Origin: a virus | Strand: one strand, 5' to 3' | Length of the DNA stretch: 64,000 bases | IMG/VR virus record: IMGVR_UViG_3300045988_165032 | Part shown: positions 27,628 through 38,000 of the stretch, in pieces | How the letters are laid out: the number at the start of each line of letters is the position of its first letter | Numbering within the stretch: the stretch's first letter is position 1 | The notes under the pieces: generated by a model | What the model was told of the DNA's origin: nothing | Seen by the model: the letters and a program-made list of their open reading frames with translations, nothing else | The model's database searches: none | Position numbers and translations under genes: made by a program

Positions 27628-29655
27628 TTAAAATCTTTCTAAAGCTCTTGTACAAGATATCGACATTGTACTAGATATGTCTAATGGAAGAGAAATACTT
27701 TTTATCATATAGTCTCCGTAGATTCCACTTAGACTATCTCTTACTGTAATTCTAACATTAGGCTCTAAATAATAAATTGGTAATGCATCTATTGTAATAC
27801 TTTCATTATAACTAGTATATTGATATAGAAGTTCTCGAACCATATTATACGCGGAATTAGATTTTCCTCCTGCAACAATCATATTAAAAATTCTATCTTC
27901 CAGTTGTACATAATCTTGTCCTTTGTTATCACATTCTGTCCTTAGCTCTTCGACATTCTTATCCGCTAAATTTAACAATACTAAGTCTGGAATCTCTGGC
28001 TCAAAAATACAGTTTATCTTATCATCGTTAATAACTTTAGTTCTTCTTCCTATATTAGATATACTAAGCTCAGAAATTGACGCTGAAGAGTCTATAAAAT
28101 CTAAAAAATAATCTATATCACTTGGTGTCTTTAAATTTTCATCATAAAATTTCCCGTTCTCAATATCATAGAGCTTGGGCCACTCATTCAATAGCTCAGT
28201 ATAATAATAATTAGAATCTGAACCTAAAGGCTCTCCGTTAACACCAGATAGATATAACTCAGTCCGCCAATCAGAAGTAATAATGGAAGTTAATTGATTC
28301 TCTATAGCAATATATTTTTCATCTCCATTTTCTGAAGTAACCCATTTATATATTATACCTGAATCTTTAGCCATGTAAAAAACATCTGCTTTACCTTCCT
28401 TTGGAAAGTCAGAAAAAGTAGGAAAAGTAATAGGGCATTTAGCCTTTTTAATTTTATCATCTGGATCTTCATAGAAAAAACATTTATAAGTATTTCCAAC
28501 TTTAGGCTTAGAATCAATAGCTAAATGATAACGAATAGGCATTGTGTTTCCATTCTCATTTTCTTTCATACCCCATACTATAAAATCATTTTTTATCATT
28601 CCATATTGCGGGCTATTTGAATAAGAAGTAACCAAACAACTATCATCAAAAGTATAAACTGACTTGCCTTTACTCATATCAATTAAATAATTGTCATTTG
28701 TCATATTATTTAATTCAACTTTTGTTTGAGAATTGTTTAAATAATTTTTAATTTCTTGAAAAATAAAATTTCCTTCTACATCATAAAAATATTCATAATT
28801 CCCTAAAGTGTCTTTAATAGAGTCTAAAATATCACATACAGTGCTTCCAGCATCTCCAATTAATTCTCCTGGATAGACGAAGTCTGTGTATACATATCCT
28901 ATATCTTCTCCATATTCATATATTTTATACTCTTGAACATCTTCTTTTGTAAGTTCATCTGCGTTAGTAGTAGGCAAATATTGAATAGTATTATTTTTCA
29001 TTTTTTTTATCAAGTAGAAAGGAGAACTTCCTGTCCATTTCATAACCTTCTTAATGCGGAGATCAATATCACTAATAATAATTTTACTTAGCTGTTCTCC
29101 GCCAAAATGATTAACTACCTCTTGAATAATCTGATAAATTGTTGGATTACTTATTACTGTATTACCATTTTCATCAGTTGTCTCATATTCGTGAAAAGTT
29201 GTAGAAGCAGGAATAATGCCTCCGCACTCTCCATTAAGTAAACACATTTTATCTTTCATCTGTAATGATATAGTTACGTCACTAGTAGAATGTGAAATAG
29301 ATGAGTTAATATTAACAAAAATACCTTGCGGAAACCAGATTATTTTATACTCTTGATATTTTTTTGTAGTATTTAAAATTCCTATTTCTAATTGAATCTT
29401 TTTATTTATAGAAATAAGATTATTTATATTAGTTAGATCATTTTCAAAAGGACTTGCAACCATAGTTAAATTGCAAGTCCTTCTAATATTTGATTCCCCT
29501 TCTAAATTTAAGCTACCACTTATAGCTTTTCCCTGTATTTCTCTTATTGGGTTCTCATAAAAATCTAATAATATAATCTTTACAAATTGCTCCTTTATTT
29601 TTAATTTATCAATTTCTTTTAAAAAAGAAGAGTCTTTTAAATAAGGATATCTCAT
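27628..29655 (-). CDS. Putative baseplate/tail protein (675 aa)
   Basis: Large ORF overlapping the upstream gene stop. Tail module context. Confidence 0.4.
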   Translation of the reverse strand: MRYPYLKDSSFLKEIDKLKIKEQFVKIILLDFYENPIREIQGKAISGSLNLEGESNIRRTCNLTMVASPFENDLTNINNLISINKKIQLEIGILNTTKKYQEYKIIWFPQGIFVNINSSISHSTSDVTISLQMKDKMCLLNGECGGIIPASTTFHEYETTDENGNTVISNPTIYQIIQEVVNHFGGEQLSKIIISDIDLRIKKVMKWTGSSPFYLIKKMKNNTIQYLPTTNADELTKEDVQEYKIYEYGEDIGYVYTDFVYPGELIGDAGSTVCDILDSIKDTLGNYEYFYDVEGNFIFQEIKNYLNNSQTKVELNNMTNDNYLIDMSKGKSVYTFDDSCLVTSYSNSPQYGMIKNDFIVWGMKENENGNTMPIRYHLAIDSKPKVGNTYKCFFYEDPDDKIKKAKCPITFPTFSDFPKEGKADVFYMAKDSGIIYKWVTSENGDEKYIAIENQLTSIITSDWRTELYLSGVNGEPLGSDSNYYYTELLNEWPKLYDIENGKFYDENLKTPSDIDYFLDFIDSSASISELSISNIGRRTKVINDDKINCIFEPEIPDLVLLNLADKNVEELRTECDNKGQDYVQLEDRIFNMIVAGGKSNSAYNMVRELLYQYTSYNESITIDALPIYYLEPNVRITVRDSLSGIYGDYMIKSISLPLDISSTMSISCTRALERF

Positions 29656-32372
29656 GTTGCTGAATACTCTCCTTTCTCTATTTCACAAAAATAATCTATT
29701 AATGCATCTATTGGACAAAGAACATCTCCATTATCATTAAATACATACCATTTGTCTCTAAAATAAATGAATCTATTATTGATTAACTGTCTCAATAGCA
29801 ATATATACTTTTGAGTTACTGAATCTTTAACTATTCCTTTATTTGATGACAAAAATAACATCGGATTTTCATATCTATCACTATGTATACTATAATCTCT
29901 TATTTTGTAAACTCCATTCGGAATAGGATTTTTTATCTTATTAAAATCATTCGCTTCAATGCCAGTTTCTATATATTGACTATCCAAGTTCATAACTTCT
30001 AAATTCTCTCCAGTAAATTCAGTTAGGTGAAATCCGCCAAAATAAAAACCTTGAATAACTGCGTCATCACTATATAGCTGTAAAACTCCAGTTTCTCCAA
30101 TTACGTGTCTAAATAAACTTTCATCTTCTGAATCTTGTACATAAATAACAACTCCTGGATTAGCTTCTACATTAATTCCATTTATAGAAACTAATTTTTG
30201 ATAATACGTTTTAGTATCTTCAAAATATTTTGAGTAAACTTTATTTATTAAAAGATCTTTTATATCAAAAGTACCAAATAATTGACCAACCTTTTGAGTA
30301 TAATAAACTCTATCAACTTTTCTGCGAGTATCTTCTTCTTTTGTATAAACATAAACATAATCAATAGTAACATTACAGTCAACAGGGAAAACTAGTGAAG
30401 TTATGTTAATACCTTCATCTCTTAGTTCATAAAAACCGCGTTCTTTTACTATAACATTTTTTCCATTAATCGTCATTATATATCCTTGAACTAAGTTATT
30501 TGATTTTTCATTTGGTAACGCAGGGCGGGGATTACTTCCATCTACAATTAAATAAGGCTTTGAATTAAATTCAACTTTCAAATAGCTTAAATATTGAGGA
30601 ACATTTATTACACCTGTTTTACTAGATTCTACATATTTTTCTGAAATTATAGAAAAAATATTGGTATTCTTTCTAAATTCTCCATATAGTTGACCAATTT
30701 TAGAAAAAGTACCTTCTATATATGATACTGTTTCTCCACTTAATTGAATATTATATTTATTATAATTGACCAAATTACTTTCATCTATTTCATATGCGTT
30801 CGCGGAAAATGAATATAACATTCTACCTAACGTTTGATTAGGGGTTAAAGTAATATCCATTAACTTAACTAATATATTTCCTTCTGTTGTTGACCTAAAA
30901 AGTTTAACAGAATCTTCATATAAAAAATCCAATACCTTATCTCGAAACTTCTTCTCATATATAAAATCTCTATAATCAGAAATATTCTGTTCACTGTTAT
31001 ATTCTTTATAAAGATTTTTACTTTCACCATAAATCTCATCTTTGCTAGTAAATAATTCTTGTTCATCGCAAAAGCTAGTTATCAATCCAGTGATAGGAAA
31101 CTGACGATAATTCATATTGCCATTTCTTCTAATATATGGAAATTGAGAGCCTATGGTGTCCGTCTTAGTTTCTGAAATAGTATGTTGGAAAGAAGAAATC
31201 TGATTATCAAATTTTAATTTTAAGTGTTTTCCATTCGCACTTAAATAACTATCTTCAAGATTTAGCATGATTGGACTATCAATTTGAATTATCGGACCTC
31301 GGTCTCCACGCTCATTTGTTTTCTGGGCACAATACTTATACCAAACGCCGCTCTCAACGGTATAGTCGTACCAAGTCAAATCCAGTTTTTCACTCGCAAC
31401 AATACTAATTGTATATATATCTTCCCAAACTTGAAAATTACTGTTACTGGAGGTTCTTCTGATTGTAACGTTTCCAAAAAAAGTTTCATCTTTTGTACTT
31501 AATATATGAATTTTAACTCGCCCTTCATCAAGATCATCTAATGCGGTTATAGTGGCATTTAACCTATCTATTCCATAACTAATAATAATGAAATTATACG
31601 ATTGTGTAGAAGTATAATAATTATTTGTAGTATAGGTAATATCTACTCTATACTGAGTTCCTTCTTCTAATTGATAATTTAAAGTATAATTAATTTCATT
31701 AGGACTATATGGATTAGAATATAAAATCCCACTATCTATAACAGGCTTTGCTTCCTCTGTCTCACTATTATAAATTTGAATCTGATAGGTTTTTAAAAAT
31801 TCTTTTTCAAGAGTAGAATTAGCAGAATAATACATTGAACCTACTATTGATGTAACTTGATTTGTAAAAATAATTTCTTGGTCTAGTCCATTCTCGAATC
31901 CTACAATAGATAATTGTGGCTTCTCTATGCCTTTAATAACACAAACCGTAGACCATTCAGAAAAATAACTTTCATTACTTGATAACCAACTAGCTATTTT
32001 ATTGGTATCGCTTGGAAAACTAGTAGCATTTGTACTAGTAAAACGAATTTGAACTTTATAAAATTGATTAACTCCAAACCCCCTATTTCCTGCTAAATCT
32101 GAGGGATTTATTTCTACATAATATTTATCATCAGTAATTCTTTCTGAATCAATCAAAATATTAGATACTTTTATGCCCACGGGGTAAGCGACGGAATCTA
32201 GTACAGATGCGTTAGTACTTTGATTACTTACGATAATCTGTGCGTTCATTATTTCTTTTATATCATTATATCTTGACAATGAAAAATAAACTCTACAAGT
32301 TTGAGTTCGTGCAAAGGCTGGCATAAATGTATCTATAATTGGGGGATATAAATTATTTCCTATGCTTGCCAT
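29652..32372 (-). CDS. Putative tail-associated/receptor-binding protein (906 aa)
   Basis: Large ORF downstream of the fibre gene. Asn/Ser/Tyr-rich beta-type composition. Confidence 0.4.
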   Translation of the reverse strand: MASIGNNLYPPIIDTFMPAFARTQTCRVYFSLSRYNDIKEIMNAQIIVSNQSTNASVLDSVAYPVGIKVSNILIDSERITDDKYYVEINPSDLAGNRGFGVNQFYKVQIRFTSTNATSFPSDTNKIASWLSSNESYFSEWSTVCVIKGIEKPQLSIVGFENGLDQEIIFTNQVTSIVGSMYYSANSTLEKEFLKTYQIQIYNSETEEAKPVIDSGILYSNPYSPNEINYTLNYQLEEGTQYRVDITYTTNNYYTSTQSYNFIIISYGIDRLNATITALDDLDEGRVKIHILSTKDETFFGNVTIRRTSSNSNFQVWEDIYTISIVASEKLDLTWYDYTVESGVWYKYCAQKTNERGDRGPIIQIDSPIMLNLEDSYLSANGKHLKLKFDNQISSFQHTISETKTDTIGSQFPYIRRNGNMNYRQFPITGLITSFCDEQELFTSKDEIYGESKNLYKEYNSEQNISDYRDFIYEKKFRDKVLDFLYEDSVKLFRSTTEGNILVKLMDITLTPNQTLGRMLYSFSANAYEIDESNLVNYNKYNIQLSGETVSYIEGTFSKIGQLYGEFRKNTNIFSIISEKYVESSKTGVINVPQYLSYLKVEFNSKPYLIVDGSNPRPALPNEKSNNLVQGYIMTINGKNVIVKERGFYELRDEGINITSLVFPVDCNVTIDYVYVYTKEEDTRRKVDRVYYTQKVGQLFGTFDIKDLLINKVYSKYFEDTKTYYQKLVSINGINVEANPGVVIYVQDSEDESLFRHVIGETGVLQLYSDDAVIQGFYFGGFHLTEFTGENLEVMNLDSQYIETGIEANDFNKIKNPIPNGVYKIRDYSIHSDRYENPMLFLSSNKGIVKDSVTQKYILLLRQLINNRFIYFRDKWYVFNDNGDVLCPIDALIDYFCEIEKGEYSAT

Positions 32373-32404
32373 ATTATTTTCTCCTTTTTTCTCTTTAATT
32401 CAAT

Positions 32405-32887
32405 TCAACTATCTAAACCAGAAGGCGGCTGGTTTGGTAAATCTTTAACTTCATCCATCAATTTTTCAATAAAAGAATTGCCGCCTTCTTCTACATATCT
32501 TTCAAATCTTCTTTGCATACAATCTAAACTATAATCATCTATCCACTTTTTTTTATAACAAAAATAATGATGATCTTTAGTTAAATCAGCTTTTATATCA
32601 TCTTTATCAGAAGAAATTAACATTTCTAGTTGTTTATGAATTGCCTTTAATTGTTCATTAGTTTGTTTCTGTTGTTTATCTAAAGCCCGCATTTTATCAG
32701 CTCCATAAACTAATCTTTCTTCTAATACCTCTTTTTCTTTATCTCTTTGAGTTTCTTTACTAAAAGCTTTTTTTAATCGTTCAGTTGCCCAATCATAAAA
32801 AGAAATAACTCCTTTTATAGCCAAAGCAAAAGTAACTAAAAAAGCAACAATTTCTGATAAAGAATATTTTGCTAATAGCTCTATCAC
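32405..32887 (-). CDS. Membrane-anchored coiled-coil protein (160 aa), possible BhlA/UviB-type holin-like protein
   Basis: One N-terminal TM segment followed by a charged coiled-coil region. Confidence 0.3.
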   Translation of the reverse strand: MIELLAKYSLSEIVAFLVTFALAIKGVISFYDWATERLKKAFSKETQRDKEKEVLEERLVYGADKMRALDKQQKQTNEQLKAIHKQLEMLISSDKDDIKADLTKDHHYFCYKKKWIDDYSLDCMQRRFERYVEEGGNSFIEKLMDEVKDLPNQPPSGLDS

Positions 32888-32985
32888 AAAACTTACCCTC
32901 CTATTTTATCTTTCTTCACAATATTTTAAAAAAAGAAAAAAGTAATTAAATAGTTTTACCCATATAGAGCTACTAAAAACCTATA

Positions 32986-34386
32986 TTAGCCACCTATCGC
33001 AAAAACAGGTCTAACGCCATAAGTGCTAGTAGCATCATCTCTACTCGCATCTCCATATTGAGAAATTAAACAAAACCTAGTTTCGCTTGATACATCTCTC
33101 AACCAATAATCGCTATTGATATTTAGTAAACCTGAATTGAAACGAAATAAATTTAATTGCCTATTGTCAGAGGTTTGTTTATTATTGTTACGGGTATAAA
33201 TATAGCAACCGTATGCCATCACTTCATTCATCAAATCTAATGTAGCGACAGTCCAAGTCCCTTCAGCCATAATTCTACGAGATAGTATTCTTGATTTAAA
33301 AGTATCTGGTAAATTTGATGTAACGGTATTTAATATATTCGTTTTCATTCCAGAACCTATATATCCACCATTGGTAGTAAGGGAAGAATTCATCTGCCCA
33401 GTAGCTAAATAACTGTCTGGAACAATAACAAGATGATGAACTTTTGTTTTATCAACTTCTGGAAAGCCTTTGTTTATCCAATAATCAAAATCTGCTATCC
33501 TATAATTAACTCCATTAACAGTCCAATAATCGCCTAAATATAAATCTCTAAAAGTTCCATCACTAATTGCAGAAGCTTGTTCTGAAGTAATAGTATCTCC
33601 TAAAAATTTTCCTCTGTATATAGAATTATGAGCTGCGGCTCCAGGTTGAAGAAAATTCATTATAGAAGAGAGAAATATTTGTTCATTTCCAACAGTTATG
33701 ATTACATCTCCTGAATATACTGCATTACCTTGCCAATCAAGAGTATAAATATTTTTTCTTTGATTTTCAGAGCTACCTGTACCACCACCTACAATATGGG
33801 CATATTTATTTTCAACATCTTCTATATTATACTTTCCTTGTACATGTTGATATGAAGCGTGAGAAATAGTTCCAAGCCCTTCTACATGAGAGGCGGTACC
33901 TTTTGCTTCTCCACCGAATCCTTCACAATGAGACATATCCGCTCTAGCTATTGTATTATATCCCTGTGCATGAGAGTACATACCTAAAGCTTGAGTATTA
34001 CCGCCTTCAGCATGTGCTGCATAAGTTGTTTTACCAGTAGCAGTATTTTTGAAACCCGCAGTAGTACCATTACCTTCAGCATGACAAAAATTACCTACTG
34101 CATAAGTTGCTTTTCCTTCTGCAAAAGAATCTTCTCCAACTGCCCTATTGTTTGATCCAATGGTCAAGCTTCTCGCTCCAACAGGAACTTCTCCTTGATA
34201 ATTACGTAATCTGGCGGATTTTAAACTTGCTTTAAGTTCATTTGCAATTTTCATATCTTCTAAATATTCACCTAAGTTAGTTCCATCTGGTAGGTCTACA
34301 TTAGAAGCTTCTGCCCCAATAGGAATTTCTTCACTATAACTAGCACCATCATCTAAAGATATTTTTGCTGATTTAATTTTATCCAT
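32986..34386 (-). CDS. Tail fibre protein with repeated xHAEG/SHxxG beta-helix motifs
   Basis: Repeats CHAEGNG, AAHAEGG, YSHAQGY, SHCEGFG, ASHVEGLG. C-terminal beta-rich domain. Confidence 0.5.
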   Translation of the reverse strand: MDKIKSAKISLDDGASYSEEIPIGAEASNVDLPDGTNLGEYLEDMKIANELKASLKSARLRNYQGEVPVGARSLTIGSNNRAVGEDSFAEGKATYAVGNFCHAEGNGTTAGFKNTATGKTTYAAHAEGGNTQALGMYSHAQGYNTIARADMSHCEGFGGEAKGTASHVEGLGTISHASYQHVQGKYNIEDVENKYAHIVGGGTGSSENQRKNIYTLDWQGNAVYSGDVIITVGNEQIFLSSIMNFLQPGAAAHNSIYRGKFLGDTITSEQASAISDGTFRDLYLGDYWTVNGVNYRIADFDYWINKGFPEVDKTKVHHLVIVPDSYLATGQMNSSLTTNGGYIGSGMKTNILNTVTSNLPDTFKSRILSRRIMAEGTWTVATLDLMNEVMAYGCYIYTRNNNKQTSDNRQLNLFRFNSGLLNINSDYWLRDVSSETRFCLISQYGDASRDDATSTYGVRPVFAIGG

Positions 34387-34424
34387 ACTAAAAATAGGCG
34401 GGATGAACCCGCCTCTCTCCTTTC

Positions 34425-34808
34425 TTATTTATTTTTCTTTATTAAACTTTCTATTACTGTAGTAACATAAGTATCTAAGTTACCGTAACTAGCTTCAATC
34501 GCGGATTGGACATCAGTATTCATTAATTCAATAGCACGTTGTTTCGCACTTTGAAGAGCTTTAGACTGAGCTTCCGCGGTAAACTTATCTTCTTTCTTTA
34601 AATTATCTACGTATGTCTGTTGAACATAATTAACTGAATCTAAAATAATATTTAGTCCTTTCTTTAGAGCATCCGCAGTTTCATTTTGAACATTTTTGTT
34701 AATTAGTTCTTCAAGATAAGTTTTTAATAAGAATGTTAAAACTGATGTTGCTACTGGAACAACAACCATAATAACTAATTTTAAAAATACCATTAATACA
34801 TCTACCAT
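34425..34808 (-). CDS. Small membrane protein (127 aa; N-terminal TM)
   Basis: MVDVLMVFLKLVIMVVVPVATSVLTFLL hydrophobic N-terminus. Confidence 0.35.
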   Translation of the reverse strand: MVDVLMVFLKLVIMVVVPVATSVLTFLLKTYLEELINKNVQNETADALKKGLNIILDSVNYVQQTYVDNLKKEDKFTAEAQSKALQSAKQRAIELMNTDVQSAIEASYGNLDTYVTTVIESLIKKNK

Positions 34809-34809
34809 A

Positions 34810-35076
34810 TTAATTCTCCTTTTCTTCTAAATCTTCTTTATTATCTTGATTATCTTCTTCATTAATACTTAAAGGCACAGAAACTTTTTCTATAGATTCT
34901 GAAGATAGCATTGATAAATAATTATTTTTTGTTTTTTCAACTTGTTGACAAGTATCTTTTAAAATTAAATAAGCTACGGTAATAGGCAAACCGCTATTGC
35001 TTATTAATGTTATTAAATCTTGTGAAAATTTATAACATTGAATATTTAGATCTATATTATTGTTATTATTACTCAT
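34810..35076 (-). CDS. Hypothetical acidic protein (88 aa)
   Basis: ORF. Translationally coupled to its neighbours. Confidence 0.35.
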   Translation of the reverse strand: MSNNNNNIDLNIQCYKFSQDLITLISNSGLPITVAYLILKDTCQQVEKTKNNYLSMLSSESIEKVSVPLSINEEDNQDNKEDLEEKEN

Positions 35077-38000
35077 TTATTTTTCTCCTATATAATCAAA
35101 AGCTAATCCATGGGCATCACTGCTTGACACTGATCCTTTACTTAAAAAAGGCATCCGTTTATACCATAATGATGCAGTTTTATTTTTTACATCAAGAGAT
35201 ATTTTGTCTATTTGTACAATTCCTAAAAACCAACCTACCTCATATTGATCTGATTCTGAAGCTCTATTTTTTACATAATCATTATTACCTAAATTAGATG
35301 ACAAAGCTCCCCCAGATTGACTTCCTATATACTTAGGCAAATCTGATTGTTTTGAAACATTTCCATTACTATCATATTCCGTGCCAATTTGAGTACCTGC
35401 TGATATAATTGACTTTCCATTTATTAATACATTAGTAAAGCTAGCTGTGCCATCTCCTTGTATGCTCCAAGATGCTCCTCCTTTAGTAGAGCCAGAGATG
35501 CCACTACCTGTTATAGTACAGCCTCCAATCTCTCCGCTTTTTGCAGTTAAGTATCCATTTTGATTAACTGTAAAAAGATCATTAAAATTTATGCCTGTTG
35601 CTGGATTTAAAGTTATTTTCTTTTCTTCCTTATCTTTTTTCTTCTCTGTTCCTACTAAACTAGAGTCACTAATTTCCCAGCCTCCAATTTTTCCGCTCTT
35701 TGCAGTTAAATATCCAGCAGCATTAACTGTAAAATTCTTCGCACCTAATCCAATTCCATTCGACCCTAAATAAACTCCTTCGTTATTATCATTATAGGTT
35801 GTTTTACCTTTACACAAACCATTACTTGTTATTTCTAAAGGATCCTTTCCAAAACCAATACATCCTGAAGCGGCATAAAAATTTCCTTCATCATCTACTT
35901 GAAATTTGCTTACTATTTTACTTTTTACTTTTTCGGTCGTTCCAAGCCCAATTCCATTTGTTCCTAAGTAAAAGCCTTTTTCCTTTACTTGTAATCCATT
36001 TTTATCCCCACTATAAATAGCACTGTATGCTTTTGTTTGATTCATACCCACAGTAATTTTGGCTGTTCCACTACCTATGGTTGCTTGTTGAGCTACTAAA
36101 AATCCATTATAATCTACACTAAAAACATTTCCCACTTTAAAAGCTTTGTTAGTTTGTTCAGAATTGTCTGAACTTAAAATTACACTACCTTTAGATAGAG
36201 TATTTTTACCAATATTCCATCCAGCAATACTTCCTCCACCTTTTGCTGTTAAATAGCCACTACTATTAACACTAAAATAGCCTGTCCCAAATTTAATTTC
36301 TGGCGTAGTTAAATCAATTAACATGCCACCTACTCCATCTTTATAATTTCCAGACTTTATTTCAGCTTTTCCATCAGAAGGATCTAAAATAATTTGTCCG
36401 CCATTATTAACACCAAAAATAGCTTTACCCGTTTCCGCGTCTAAGAATATATTTCTTTGACCTTTATTATATCCGAATAATCCTACCTCAATATTATTCT
36501 GATTAGCTTCTTGTACTTTTCCCATAACAATACCTGTAAAAGCATTACTATTATCTTTTATTCCTGCTCCAACTTGCGGGGATAGGATAAATCCGCCATT
36601 GCTATTTACATTAACACTATTACCATCCCAATCATTTATAGCCGCATTATTAAATCTATTCAAATATAAATGTACTGGTATATAGATATCTGCAACTTTT
36701 TTATTGTTATTATTTTCATCTTTTATGGTACACACTATACCATTATTTACACATTGTCCATCATAATTATCAATAGGTTTATAACTATGCTGATTTATTG
36801 AAATGTTTTCTGGACTAATATCTATTAAATGTAGAGAAGATTTTTCTTCCCAACAAGTTGAATCATTAGTTCCAGAACTCTGGTGATATTCTAAAATGCT
36901 TCCTTTTCTATCCCATGTATAATTAGTTTTTGAATTGGTGCTAATATCCACATAGCCATTAGCTTCTTGCATACGTTTCTTAACTTCTAAAGTAAAAGGA
37001 GTAGCATTATCATATTTAGGTTTCCTTCCATCCGCATTATAAATAACATACCTAAAACCAGTATAATCCTTTAAATTAACTTTATAGTTGTAATCATAAA
37101 TTTCCGCAACTATGATTGGCATAGTAACATAATAAGTTACTCCATCATATTTTACTGTAGCTTTTATAATATTAGCAACTCCTAGGCGACCCCAAGCCAA
37201 AGGCTCTTTTGGCTCTTTTCCAGTAACCGCTTCAGTAACATTTCCATTTTGAGCATTAATTTGTATAAAAGAATAATCTGTACCGCTAGAATTCCCATAA
37301 TCAAGTCCATATTTATTTTTTAATACGCTCCAAACTACTGTCGTATTACCTGACGTAGTACTTCCGCTAAAAACTATTTCTCCATCTTTCCATATTTCAA
37401 TTTTAAAATTTGATTCTGCATTTTTTTTCTTCTCAAAATTAAAACTATAAGTAGCACCACTTTTAGTAAGAATTGGATATACTGGAATAGGTTTTCCATC
37501 TTCAACATTTGGAACTATTTTACATACAATGTCAGTCCCATTTGTTCCAGACTCTCCTTCTTTAACAAAAGTAAAGTTAGTTTCCGCAATTAAATTCATC
37601 TCTTTATATTCTACTGCTAATTGAATATTATTTCTAACTTTATTAACAGAATACTTATCTTCAATACCATATGTCAAAGTTGTAATATTATTATATGTTG
37701 TTGTATTATTGATTAAATCTTCATCTTTTTTAACATTATTATAATCTGATGAAATCTTTAACATAGTATTTTTAGAAGGAACAATCCATTTAATTTTACA
37801 GTGCTTAGCCACTTCATCATCAATAGGCTGACCTAAATTATTATAAATAGTAAAAGTTAAAGCTTGTAAAATGATAGGCTTTTCCAATGACTTAGAAGCT
37901 GGGCTAATTCCATTTTCATTATATTTAAAAGTTTGTATACCATTGTTAATAACTAAAGTATATGAACCTTCTGTGCCTAAGGAGTTAGTTAAAGTGATTG

